This document shows, one piece after another, positions 12,928-24,578 of a DNA stretch of 64,000 nt. The DNA comes from Rhynchopus sp. YZ270_cl-10. Lineage: Eukaryota. The first letter of the stretch is position 1. Every line of letters starts with the position of its first letter. The notes under the pieces were generated by a model. The model searched no databases. It had not been told where the DNA came from and saw nothing but the letters and a program-made list of their open reading frames with translations. Made by a program: the position numbers and the translations under genes. The DNA is taken from positions 186,001 to 250,000 of the forward strand of contig OZ037841.1 in assembly GCA_964035575.1 (NCBI GenBank), in the 5' to 3' direction.

Positions 12928-14807
12928 AAAAATTTTTTCCTTTTTTTCTTTACAGTAAATTACTGTAAAAGACTTTTATTTTTATTTTTATTTTTTTTTT
13001 CTTCCCAGCCGGAGAGAATCAGATTAAATCTCTTGTGATGAAGAAATATTTGTTTGAACATGTTCATTGGATTGAAAAAAAATATGAGAAAAAAAAAACT
13101 GGGTAAGCTTAGCCCATCTAAAAAAAAGGATTTTATTTTTGTTTCTGTTTCACTGTTTTTTTAAACTGTTTTTGTGGAGTTCGTTTAGTTTTAAAAAAAA
13201 TCAATTAGTTTGGAAATTGTAGCAGTTTTTATTTTTACAGAGACTTTTTGACCGGTTTGATCAGCAGTTTTTGTTGTTTTTTTCTTCCCAGCCGGAGATA
13301 CTCTCTTGTGATGAAGAAAATATTTTTGTCTTGGATTAAAAAAAATAAGGAAATATAGGGTTTGCGGGTTTTCGGGTTTGCGGAAGAGGTTAAAACATAG
13401 CTTTAAAAAAAGACTACACCTTGAAGAAGGCGCTCACTTTGGCGGGTGAGAGTATTGTCATGCCATAAAAATAAAAAGATCAAAAATGAGAAAAGGAAAA
13501 AGAAAAAGAAAAAGAAAAAACACACAAAATGACTGAATAGCTCACGCACTTTTACTGTTTCTTTTTTCCTATCCTCATCACCACCACTTCCCACACAGAA
13601 ACCTACACATACCTGATATTCAATTCATCCATACAAATGAATTTTGTAATCTTGATCAGTGCACAGATTATGTACCTGGGAAAATTTTTTTGGTCAAAAT
13701 CCTGGTTTTTGCGGTCTCACACGTGTGTATGACCAAATTTTAGGTGGTCAAAAGTGGAGTCTGACCCCCATGTCCCGGTCATAAAAATTTCCTGTGAAGC
13801 CATTGACGAAGGAACTTTGCACTTTTGATCACTGCACACTATGTACTGACCAAAAAACCCACACAAAACACCAAAAACACCAAAAATCATGAAAAAACTG
13901 ATCCATGCATTTTAGGTCAAAAATACCCATTTCTCAGCGCAAATTGACCCCACCACAGCACGCACAGACTCCGGAGAGCCAAAATCAAAAAATTTTTTTT
14001 TCGATTTTTTGTAGGCAAAAATTGCTGGGAAAAATTTTTTGGTCAAAATCCTGGTTTTTGGGGTCTCATACATGTGTATGACCAAATTTTAGGTGGTCAA
14101 AAGTGGAGTCTGACCCCCATGTCCAGGTTATGGAAATGTCATATGAAGCCATTGCTGAAGGAATTTTGCACTTTTGCGCATCAACAATTATGTACTGGGC
14201 ATTTTTCCCACACAAATTTGACCCAGTACTCAAGGTCAATTTGACCTTGGTTCTTCTCTCAGGGTCTTCTGACCAATTTTTAACATGTCTAAAATGGTAT
14301 CTGACCCCCATGTCCAGGTCATAAAAACGCCCAATCAGTCCATTAAAGCCACAGATTTGATGTTTTGAGTAGTTGTGGTTAAATGTGGCCCAATTTTCCC
14401 AGCCAAAAAATGACCCCAAAAATCACGAAAAAACATATTTTAAAGCCGATACACTTACACACCTAAATTTGGCCCAATATGTCCAATGTGGTCCTCCAGG
14501 GTTGCAATGGCCTCATTTTATGGGCATACTGGCCATATTTCATACTTATGTCACATTTTGAAATTTTCGTCACATACAATACACACACCTTAGAACCACA
14601 AAATATCGTCAATTCCTTCACAAAAATAGCCGTGAAATGCCGCACCCATTTTAGGTATCTTCAGAAAAGGCTAACATCCAAACCCAGTACATTACGTCGT
14701 TTTTGGGCCCCAATCTACCGGAGTGTATTATCAGAAATACTGGGACCACGCGATCCAGCAATCCTGCAGCGTCGCCATTTTGTACCCCTCAAACCCGTAA
14801 TAACTAG

Positions 14808-15080
14808 AAACCCGCAAACCCGCAAACCCGCAAACCCGCAAACCCGCAAACCCGCAAACCCGCAAACCCGCAAACCCGCAAACCCGTAAACCCGCAAACC
14901 CGCAAACCCGCAAACCCGCAAACCCGCAAACCCGCAAACCCGCAAACCCGCAAACCCGCAAACCCGCAAACCCGCAAACCCGCAAACCCGCAAACCCGCA
15001 AACCCGCAAACCCGCAAACCCGCAAACCCGCAAACCCGCAAACCCGCAAACCCGCAAACCCGCAAACCCGCAAACCCGCA
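14808..15080. repeat. (AAACCCGC)n 8-mer tandem array, ~34 units, telomere-like
   Basis: Directly visible; begins immediately after CTAG at 14804-14807. Confidence 0.97.
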
Positions 15081-15562
15081 CGAGAAGTGAGCAACCATCG
15101 TTATCTAGCTGGTGTGTGTGATAGCAGGCTGGTGTGCCTGAAGCGTAATTATGTTAGATTACAACTATCTAGTATGCTGTCTCACCTTTTCCATTTCATT
15201 TTACTCTAACATATTGTTACTACTCTGTTGTGATGTGTTTCTTTTGGGAGGGGTAAAATGTTTTGTAAAAAAGGAAAAAAAATATAGATTCGTTTCTTTG
15301 TTTTTGTTGTGACATTTTTCTCTTTTTTTTTGTTTTGTTTTTATTGCTCTTTTTTTTCGGATTGAAGATGTTTTAAAATACCTGCATACTACCACTACCA
15401 AAAAATTCAAGACGATTTAAAATACTACTACTACCAAAATATTGAAGACACTTTAAAATACTACTACTACGAAAAAACCCGAAACCCTAGAAACCCACAC
15501 CCCACAAACGTATTGCTATTTCTTTTATTTAAAGAGAGAGATGACATGGTAGAAAAAAATAT

Positions 15563-16036
15563 TTAGTACGGCCTGCGCGTCATGCTCATCATGCGGAGGT
15601 CGCTTAGACGGTACCCTGCAGGATTAGTTCCTACGGTAACAGCCATTCTTTGCAGGATCATGCGCACTGCTTTCACTGGCATCCTCCTGTCTCTCAGAAA
15701 GCATTTTGTGGCGTCACATTCCAGGAAGAAGTAGGGGCTTTTGAACCCGGTACGCACGCTCACATAGTTGTGAACGGCATCGTAAGCCGGAGTTCCCACT
15801 GGAATTGAGAATCTTTTTTGCTTCCCGCCGATCTTGTACTCGAATGTGGCACCATAATCGTCACTTGTCATTGCAGTGGATTGCAGTGTTGCACACACGG
15901 ATTCATTAATTCCTCCGCAGTAGAGGACAGCCACCACTGCCTTGTGCAGGGCTAGCTCTATAGGGCCAGCTGTGACAGGAAGGTCCAAAAACGTGTCAAT
16001 GTCGTGCTTCAGCTGTTGCCTTTGGGTTTTGGGCAT
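15563..16036 (-). CDS. 157-aa tyrosine-recombinase (Crypton-like) catalytic-domain homologue, apparently catalytically inactive
   Basis: Motif order matches eukaryotic YRs: PK..DIDTFL, KAVVAVLYCGGINESVCATL (box I), KQKRFSI, VHNYVSVR, YFFL, ILQRMAVTVG-NPAGYRLSDLR (box II). The catalytic Arg, the HxxR His and the downstream His/Tyr segment are absent. Recognised by eye. Confidence 0.65.
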   Translation of the reverse strand: MPKTQRQQLKHDIDTFLDLPVTAGPIELALHKAVVAVLYCGGINESVCATLQSTAMTSDDYGATFEYKIGGKQKRFSIPVGTPAYDAVHNYVSVRTGFKSPYFFLECDATKCFLRDRRMPVKAVRMILQRMAVTVGTNPAGYRLSDLRMMSMTRRPY

Positions 16037-16748
16037 TTTTTTTGTGTATGAATATGTGTATGATTGACTGAGGTAGTGTGTGTGTTTTGGAAGCGTAAAA
16101 TTACTTTACTAGTAGTAAAAAATGAAATTTAAAGTGTTCTTTGTTTTTGTTGACATATTTCATTTTTGACAAACACCTCTGACGGAAGCAGGCACTAAAA
16201 ACAATGAATAAAAAAAAACAAAAACTGTGACACCCCATATGTTATTTTGTTTGCGGGTTTGCTCTGATAAATGTAGATACACCTTTTCTCTTTTTCTTTT
16301 TTTCCCTTTTTTTTTATGCAATCAACAACAAACTCCCCAAAAACAATGTTTTCTTCATCACAAGAGATTTCTCTCCGGCTGGGAAGAAGTATCCAATACA
16401 AACCCAAACAAAAAACAATTTAAAATAGAAAAATAAACACTTCTTAGATCATTTGAACTGTGTTTTGGTGTTGAAGTTATTTATTTGCTTTACTGCCAGT
16501 AATTGTAACTTCACTTCAACTTTTATCTTTTTCTTTTTCTTTTTTTCTTTTCTTTTTATGCAATTAACAACAAACTCCCCAAAAATAATGTTTTCTTCAT
16601 CACAAGAGATTTCCTTTGCAAAAACAAAAATTAACTGAGACAAAAAAACCCGCAAACCCGCAAGCCCACAAAGACATCTCCCCACTTATCGCTATTTTTT
16701 ATTTGTTTTCTTATTTTATCCTTAATGTTCACAACTCTACCACACAAA

Positions 16749-16975
16749 TCATTGCATCAATAGACCTGTCACAGGCTCACCCTTGAATAAGTATTTAAAC
16801 AAATACTTAACAACAAGGACCCCGCGCACTTCCTCATCGTTTCTGTGGCGCCGATATTTCAGGAGAAGATTGTAATGAACCATCCACCTGTTGTTCATCA
16901 GATACTGACTGAAAGCTTTGTAGAGGTTTGGGTGTGCTGGTCCAGGGAGTTGTACGATGTGACCCACATTTAAAG
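16749..16975 (-). pseudogene. Truncated Helitron Rep remnant (Y2 motif region), 5' part replaced by satellite
   Basis: LNVGHIVQLPGPAHPNLYKAFSQYLMNNRWMVHYNLLLKY..KYLFKYLFKGE aligns with RepHel 3950-4400. Confidence 0.85.
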
Positions 16976-19900
16976 CAAACCCGTAAACCCGCAGACCCGC
17001 AGACCCGCAGACCCGCAGACCCGCAGACCCGCAGACCCGCAGACCCGCAGACCCGCAGACCCGCCACACCCACACACACCACACCCGCAGACCCGCAGAC
17101 CCGCAGACCCGCAGACCCGCAGACCCGCAGACCCGCAGACCCGCAGACCCGCCACACCCGCAGACCCGCAGACCCGCAGACCCGCAGACCCGCAGACCCG
17201 CAGACCCGCAGACCCGCAGACCCGCCACACCCACACACACCACACCCGCAGACCCGCCGACCCGCAGACCCGCCGACCCGCAGACCCGCAGACCCACCAC
17301 ACCCACACACACCACACCCGCAGACCCGCAGACCCGCAGACCCGCAGACCCGCAGACCCGCAGACACGCAGACCCGCAGACCCGCAGACCCGCAGACCCG
17401 CAGACCCGCAGACCCGCAGACCCGCAGACCCGCAGACCCGCAGACCCGCAGACCCGCAGACCCGCAGACCCGCCACACCCACACACACCACACCCGCAGA
17501 CCCGCAGACCCGCAGACCCGCAGACCCGCAGACCCGCAGACCCGCAGACCCGCAGACCCGCAGACCCGCCACACCCGCAGACCCGCAGACCCGCAGACCC
17601 GCAGACCCGCAGACCCGCCACACCCACACACACCACACCCGCAGACCCGCCGACCCGCAGACCCGCCGACCCGCAGACCCGCAGACCCACCACACCCACA
17701 CACACCACACCCGCAGACCCGCAGACCCGCAGACCCGCAGACCCGCAGACCCGCAGACCCGCAGACCCGCCACACCCACACACACCACACCCGCAGACCC
17801 GCAGACCCGCAGACCCGCAGACCCGCAGACCCGCAGACCCGCAGACCCGCAGACCCGCAGACCCGCCACACCCACACACACCACACCCGCAGACCCGCAG
17901 ACCCGCAGACCCGCAGACCCACCACACCCACACACACCACACCCGCAGACCCGCAGACCCGCCACACCCACACACACCACACCCGCAGACCCGCAGACCC
18001 GCAGACCCGCAGACCCGCAGACCCGCAGACCCGCCACACCCACACACACCACACCCGCAGACCCGCAGACCCGCAGACCCGCAGACCCACCACACCCACA
18101 CACACCACACCCGCAGACCCGCAGACCCGCCACACCCACACACACCACACCCGCAGACCCGCAGACCCGCAGACCCGCAGACCCGCCACAGCCACACACA
18201 CCACACCCGCAGACCCGCCGACCCGCAGACCCGCAGACCCGCAGACCCGCAGACCCGCAGACCCGCAGACCCGCAGACCCGCCACAGCCACACACACCAC
18301 ACCCGCAGACCCGCAGACCCGCAGACCCGCCACACCCACACACACCACACCCGCAGACCCGCAGACCCGCAGACCCGCAGACCCGCCACAGTCACACACA
18401 CCACACCCGCAGACCCGCCGACCCGCAGACCCGCAGACCCGCAGACCCGCAGACCCGCAGACCCGCAGACCCGCAGACCCGCCACAGCCACACACACCAC
18501 ACCCGCAGACCCGCAGACCCGCAGACCCGCCACACCCACACACACCACACCCGCAGACCCGCAGACCCGCAGACCCGCAGACCCGCAGACCCGCAGACCC
18601 GCAGACCCGCCACACCCACACACACCACACCGTAGACCCGCCGACCCGCAGACCCGCAGACCCGCAGACCCGCAGACCCGCAGACCCGCAGACCCGCAGA
18701 CCCGCAGACCCGCAGACCCGCAGACCCGCAGACCCGCAGACCCGCAGACCCGCAGACCCGCAGACCCGCAGACCCGCAGACCCGCAGACCCGCAGACCCG
18801 CAGACCCGCCACACCCACACACACCACACCCGCAGACCCGCAGACCCGCAGACCCGCAGACCCGCCACACCCACACACACCACACCCGCAGACCCGCCGA
18901 CCCGCAGACCCGCAGACCCGCCACACCCACACACACCACACCCGCAGACCCGCAGACCCGCAGACCCGCAGACCCGCCACACCCACACACACCACACCCG
19001 CAGACCCGCAGACCCGCAGACCCGCAGACCCGCCACACCCACACACACCACACCCGCAGACCCGCAGACCCGCAGACCCGCAGACCCGCAGACCCGCCAC
19101 ACCCACACACACCACACCGCAGACCCGCCGACCCGCAGACCCGCAGACCCGCAGACCCGCAGACCCGCAGACCCGCAGACCCGCAGACCCGCAGACCCGC
19201 AGACCCGCAGACCCGCAGACCCGCCACACCCACACACACCACACCCGCAGACCCGCAGACCCGCAGACCCGCAGACCCGCCACACCCACACACACCACAC
19301 CCGCAGACCCGCCGACCCGCAGACCCGCAGACCCGCAGACCCGCAGACCCGCAGACCCGCAGACCCGGAGACCCGCCACACCCACACACACCACACCCGC
19401 AGACCCGCAGACCCGCAGACCCGCAGACCCGCAGACCCGCAGACCCGCCACACCCACACACACCACACCCGCAGACCCGCAGACCCGCAGACCCGCCGAC
19501 CCGCAGACCCGCAGACCCGCCACACCCACACACACCACACCCGCAGACCCGCAGACCCGCAGACCCGCAGACCCGCAGACCCGCCACACCCACACACACC
19601 ACACCCGCAGACCCGCCGACCCGCAGACCCGCAGACCCGCCACACCCACACACACCACACCCGCAGACCCGCAGACCCGCAGACCCGCAGACCCGCAGAC
19701 CCGCAGACCCGCAGACCCGCAGACCCGCAGACCCGCAGACCCGCAGACCCGCCACACCCACACACACCACACCCGCAGACCCGCCGACCCGCAGACCCGC
19801 AGACCCGCCACACCCACACACACCACACCCGCAGACCCGCCGACCCGCAGACCCGCCACACCCACACACACCACACCCGCAGACCCGCAGACCCGCAGAC

Positions 19901-20409
19901 CCGCAGACCCGCAGACCCGCAGACCCGCAGACCCGCAAACCCGCAAACCCGTAAACCCGCAAACCCGCAAACCCGCAAACCCGCAAACCCGCAAACCCGC
20001 AAACCCGCAAACCCGCAAACCCGCAAACCCGCAAACCCGCAAACCCGCAAACCCGCAAACCCGCAAACCCGCAAACCCGCAAACCCGCAAACCCGCAAAC
20101 CCGCAAACCCGCAAACCCGCAAACCCGCAAACCCGCAAACCCGCAAACCCGCAAACCCGCAAACCCGCAAACCCGCAAACCCGCAAACCCGCAAACCCGC
20201 AAACCCGTAAACCCGTAAACCCGCAAACCCGCAAACCCGCAAACCCGCAAACCCGCAAACCCGCAAACCCGCAAACCCGCAAACCCGCAAACCCGCAAAC
20301 CCGCAAACCCGCAAACCCGCAAACCCGCAAACCCGCAAACCCGCAAACCCGCAAACCCGCAAACCCGCAAACCCGCAAACCCGCAAACCCGCAAACCCGC
20401 AAACCCGCA
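16976..20409. repeat. Compound satellite: (AGACCCGC)n interspersed with CACACCCACACACACCACACCCGC modules (~16993-19936), then pure (AAACCCGC)n (~19937-20409, ~59 units)
   Basis: Directly visible; accounts for the spurious long GSAGLRVC and PADPQTRR ORFs. Confidence 0.97.
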
Positions 20410-20892
20410 CGAGAAGTGAGCAACCATCGTTATCTAGCTGGTGTGTGTGATAGCAGGCTGGTGTGCCTGAAGCGTAATTATGTTAGATTACAACTATCTA
20501 ATATGCTGTCTCACCTTTTCCATTTCATTTTACTCTAACATATTGTTACTACTCTGTTGTGATGTGTGTCATTTGGGAGGGGTAAAATGTTTTGTAAAAA
20601 AGGAAAAAAATATATAGATTCTTTTCTTTGTTTTTGTTGTGACATTTTTCTCTTTTTTTTTGTTTTGTTTTTATTGCTCTTTTTTTTCGGATTGAAGATG
20701 TTTTAAAATACCTGCATACTACCACTACCAAAAAATTCAAGACGATTTAAAATACTACTACTACCAAAATATTGAAGACACTTTAAAATACTACTACTAC
20801 GAAAAAAGCCGAAACCCTAGAAACCCACACCCCACAAACGTATTGTTATTTCTTTTATTTAAAGAGAGAGATGACATGGTAGAAAAAAATAT

Positions 20893-21366
20893 TTAGTACG
20901 GCCTGCGCGTCATGCTCATCATGCGGAGGTCGCTTAGACGGTACCCTGCAGGATTAGTTCCTACGGTAACAGCCATTCTTTGCAGGATCATGTGCACTGC
21001 TTTCACTGGCATCCTCCTGTCTCTCAGAAAGCATTTTGTGGCGTCACATTCCAGGAAGAAGTAGGGGCTTTTGAACCCCGTACGCACGCTCACATAGTTG
21101 TGAACGGCATCGTAAGCCGGAGTTCCCACTGGAATTGAGAATCTTTTTTGCTTCCCGCCGATCTTGTACTCGAATGTGGCACCATAATCGTCACTTGTCA
21201 TTGCAGTGGATTGCAGTGTTGCACACACGGATTCATTAATTCCTCCGCAGTAGAGGACAGCCACCACTGCCTTGTGCAGGGATAGCTCTATAGGGCCAGC
21301 TGTGACAGGAAGGTCCAAAAACGTGTCAATGTCGTGCTTCAGCTGTTGCCTTTGGGTTTTGGGCAT
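20893..21366 (-). CDS. 157-aa YR-like protein, copy 2
   Basis: Differs from copy 1 at two residues (A>S, R>H). Confidence 0.65.
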   Translation of the reverse strand: MPKTQRQQLKHDIDTFLDLPVTAGPIELSLHKAVVAVLYCGGINESVCATLQSTAMTSDDYGATFEYKIGGKQKRFSIPVGTPAYDAVHNYVSVRTGFKSPYFFLECDATKCFLRDRRMPVKAVHMILQRMAVTVGTNPAGYRLSDLRMMSMTRRPY

Positions 21367-22078
21367 TTTTTTTGTGTATGAATATGTGTATGATTGACTG
21401 AGGTAGTGTGTGTGTTTTGGAAGCGTAAAATTACTTTACTAGTAGTAAAAAATGAAATTTAAAGTGTTCTTTGTTTTTGTTGACATATTTCATTTTTGAC
21501 AAACACCTCTGACGGAAGCAGGCACTAAAAACAATGAATAAAAAAAAACAAAAACTGTGACACCCCATATGTTATTTTGTTTGCGGGTTTGCTCTGATAA
21601 ATGTAGATACACCTTTTCTCTTTTTCTTTTTTTCCCTTTTTTTTTATGCAATCAACAACAAACTCCCCAAAAACAATGTTTTCTTCATCACAAGAGATTT
21701 CTCTCCGGCTGGGAAGAAGTATCCAATACAAACCCAAACAAAAAACAATTTAAAATAGAAAAATAAACACTTCTTAGATCATTTGAACTGTGTTTTGGTG
21801 TTGAAGTTTTTTATTTGCTTTACTGCCAGTAATTGTAACTTCACTTCAACTTTTATCTTTTTCTTTTTCTTTTTTTCTTTTCTTTTTATGCAATTAACAA
21901 CAAACTCCCCAAAAATAATGTTTTCTTCATCACAAGAGATTTCCTTTGCAAAAACAAAAATTAACTGAGACAAAAAAACCCGCAAACCCGCAAGCCCACA
22001 AAGACATCTCCCCACTTATCGCTATTTTTTATTTGTTTTCTTATTTTATCCTTAATGTTCACAACTCTACCACACAAA

Positions 22079-22540
22079 TCATTGCATCAATAGACCTGTC
22101 ACAGGCTCACCCTTGAATAAGTATTTAAACAAATACTTAACAACAAGGACCCCGCGCACTTCCTCATTGTTTCTGTGGCGCCGATATTTCAGGAGAAGAT
22201 TGTAATGAACCATCCACCTGTTGTTCATCAGATACTGACTGAAAGCTTTGTAGAGGTTTGGGTGTGCTGGTCCAGGGAGTTGTACGATGTGACCCACATT
22301 TAAAGGATTCTTCGGTGATGTTCTGTTGTTGTTCCAAAGAATTGCATTAGCATGAGGCAGACCCCTCTTCTGGTACTCCATCACCACCACCATTGCAATG
22401 TGATCCCCAAGAATATTTTTGTGAGTAGCCTGCAAGCTGCTCACATCGGGTAGAAGCGTATTCACTCCAGCGACTGAGGTCTCTACAACTTCAGGGGCAT
22501 CAGTATCAGAAGTGTTCTGAAAAGTGTCACGGAGTGTCAA
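22079..22540 (-). CDS. Mini-Rep ORF: diverged Helitron Rep core with HUH motif mutated (HCH>HAN) and in-frame deletions; 5' end abuts satellite
   Basis: KNILGDHIAMVVVMEYQKRGLPHANAILWNNNRTSPK...KYLFKYLFKGE versus RepHel KNVLGQNIAMVMVTEYQKRGLPHCHAILWNNNKTSPK...KYLFKYLFKGE. The ORF begins at TTG, so it may be a pseudogene. Confidence 0.7.
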   Translation of the reverse strand: MTLRDTFQNTSDTDAPEVVETSVAGVNTLLPDVSSLQATHKNILGDHIAMVVVMEYQKRGLPHANAILWNNNRTSPKNPLNVGHIVQLPGPAHPNLYKAFSQYLMNNRWMVHYNLLLKYRRHRNNEEVRGVLVVKYLFKYLFKGEPVTGLLMQ

Positions 22541-24550
22541 TGATTTCCCATCATTTGCCAGGATTTGCCATCATTTGCCATGCTTTGCCATGATTTGCCA
22601 TCATTTGCCATGATTTCCCATCATTTGCCATGATTTGCCATCATTTGCCATAATTTGCCATGATTTGCCATGATTTGCCATCATTTGCCATCATTTGCCA
22701 TGATTTGCCATGATTTGCCATCATTTGCCATGATTTGCCATGATTTGCCATGCTTTGCCATGATTTGCCATGATTTGCACTATTTTCCCACTGTAGTGAA
22801 CAAATTTCAAAATTTTCGATTTTTTTCGCCACATAGCACTTATCCCACTTAAATTGACGCAATTTCCCCAGTGGAGACACTGTGTTGATATTTTGGGCCC
22901 AAAAACCACCCCACATAAATACTGTTCAAAATTTCCGAACATTGTAAATATTTTTTGGATATCAGTTTTATGGCTAACTTGGGATTTACCATGATTTGCC
23001 ATGATTTGCCATGATTTGCCATGATTTGCCATGATTTGCCATCATTTGCCATGTTTTGCCATGATTTGCCATGATTTGCCATGATTTGCCATCATTTGCC
23101 ATCATTTGCCATCATTTGCCATCATTTGCCATAATTTGCCATGATTTGCCATGATTTGCCATCATTTGCCATGATTTGCCATGATTTGCCATGCTTTGCC
23201 ATGATTTGCCATGATTTGCACTATTTTCCCACTGTAGTGAACAAATTTCAAAATTTTCGATTTTTTTCGCCACATAGCACTTATCCCACTTAAATTGACG
23301 CAATTTCCCCAGTGGAGACACTGTGTTGAAATTTTGGGCCCAAAAACCACCCCACATAAATTGTAAATATTTTTTGGATATCAGTTTTATGGCTAACTTG
23401 GGATTTACCATGATTTGCCATCATTTGCCATGTTTTGCCATGATTTGCCATCATTTGCCATCATTTGCCAGGATTTGCCATCATTTGCATTGTTTTGCCA
23501 GGATTTGCCATGATTTGCCATCATTTGCCATGTTTTGCCATCATTTGCCATGTTTTGCCATCATTTGCCATAATTTGCCATGATTTGCCATGATTTGCCA
23601 TCATTTGCCATAATTTGCCATCATTTGCCATAATTTGCCATGATTTGCCATCATTCCCCATAATTTGCCATGATTTGCCATGATTTGCCATCATTTGCCA
23701 TCATTTGCCATCATTTGCCATAATTTGCCATGATTTGCCATCATTTGCCATCATTTGCCATCATTTGCCATCATTTGCCATGATTTGCCATGATTTGCCA
23801 TGCTTTGCCATGATTTGCACTATTTTCCCACTGTAGTGAACAAATTTCAAAATTTTCGATCTTTTTCGCCACATAGCACTTATCCCACTTAAATTGACGC
23901 AATTTCCCCAGTGGAGACACTGTGTTGAAATTTTGGGCCCAAAAACCACCCCACATAAATTGTAAATATTTTTTGGATATCAGTTTTATGGCTAACTTGG
24001 GATTTACCATGATTTGCCATGATTTGCCATGATTTGCCATGATTTGCCATGATTTGCCATCATTTGCCATGTTTTGCCATGATTTGCCATCATTTGCCAT
24101 CATTTGCCAGGATTTGCCATCATTTGCATTGTTTTGCCATCATTTGCCATAATTTGCCATCATTTGCCATAATTTGCCATGATTTGCCATCATTCCCCAT
24201 AATTTGCCATGATTTGCCATGATTTGCCATCATTTGCCATCATTTGCCATCATTTGCCATAATTTGCCATGATTTGCCATCATTTGCCATCATTTGCCAT
24301 CATTTGCCATCATTTGCCATGATTTGCCATGATTTGCCATTCTTTGCCATGATTTGCACTATTTTCCCACTGTAGTGAACAAATTTCAAAATTTTCGATC
24401 TTTTTCGCCACATAGCACTTATCCCACTTAAATTGACGCAATTTCCCCAGTGGAGACACTGTGTTGATATTTTGGGCCCAAAAACCACCCCACATAAATA
24501 CTGTTCAAAATTTCCGAACATTGTAAATTTTTTTTGGATATCAGTTTTAT
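22540..24550. repeat. Higher-order satellite: (ATGATTTGCC/ATCATTTGCC)n blocks alternating with four copies of a ~190-210-bp unique module
   Basis: Module GCACTATTTTCCCACTGTAGTGAACAAATTTC...GGATATCAGTTTTAT occurs at ~22777, 23218, 23817 and 24356. Confidence 0.95.
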
Positions 24551-24578
24551 ATAAGGTTTGCGGGTTTACGGGTTTACG

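Larger units (their letters stand above)
10041..14807 (+). mobile_element. Helitron-like tandem copy 2, non-autonomous, 5,976-bp internal deletion
   Basis: 10744-12645 matches 1-1902 and 12645-14816 matches 7878-10049. Junction GCTAGGA-T-CTCATGC has 1-bp microhomology. Confidence 0.93.
15081..16975 (-). mobile_element. Helitron-related cassette B, copy 1 (Rep remnant, Helitron 3'-region motif and YR-like ORF)
   Basis: Near-identical to 20410-22305 (offset ~5,330) and 24579-26306. Carries the reverse complement of the Helitron motif TTCTTCCCAGCCGGAGA..TCTCTTGTGATGAAGAAA at ~16350-16390. Confidence 0.8.
20410..22540 (-). mobile_element. Helitron-related cassette B, copy 2 (longest)
   Basis: Repeat of 15081-16975, extended ~235 bp to include the EYQKRGLPH region. 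Confidence 0.8.

Noticed and set aside
14808..15080. Calling the 8-mer array a real telomere
   Set aside because: It is interstitial, flanked by element sequence, and the organism's telomere repeat is unknown; kept only as telomere-like.
16749..20427. ORFs of 457-1224 aa on both strands
   Set aside because: Translations of stop-free 8-mer satellite; only the last ~75 codons (Rep remnant) are meaningful.
22540..24550. CRISPR-like alternation of repeats and spacers; MANHGKSWQI ORFs
   Set aside because: The spacers are near-identical to each other, there are no cas genes and the context is eukaryotic; the ORFs are satellite translations.
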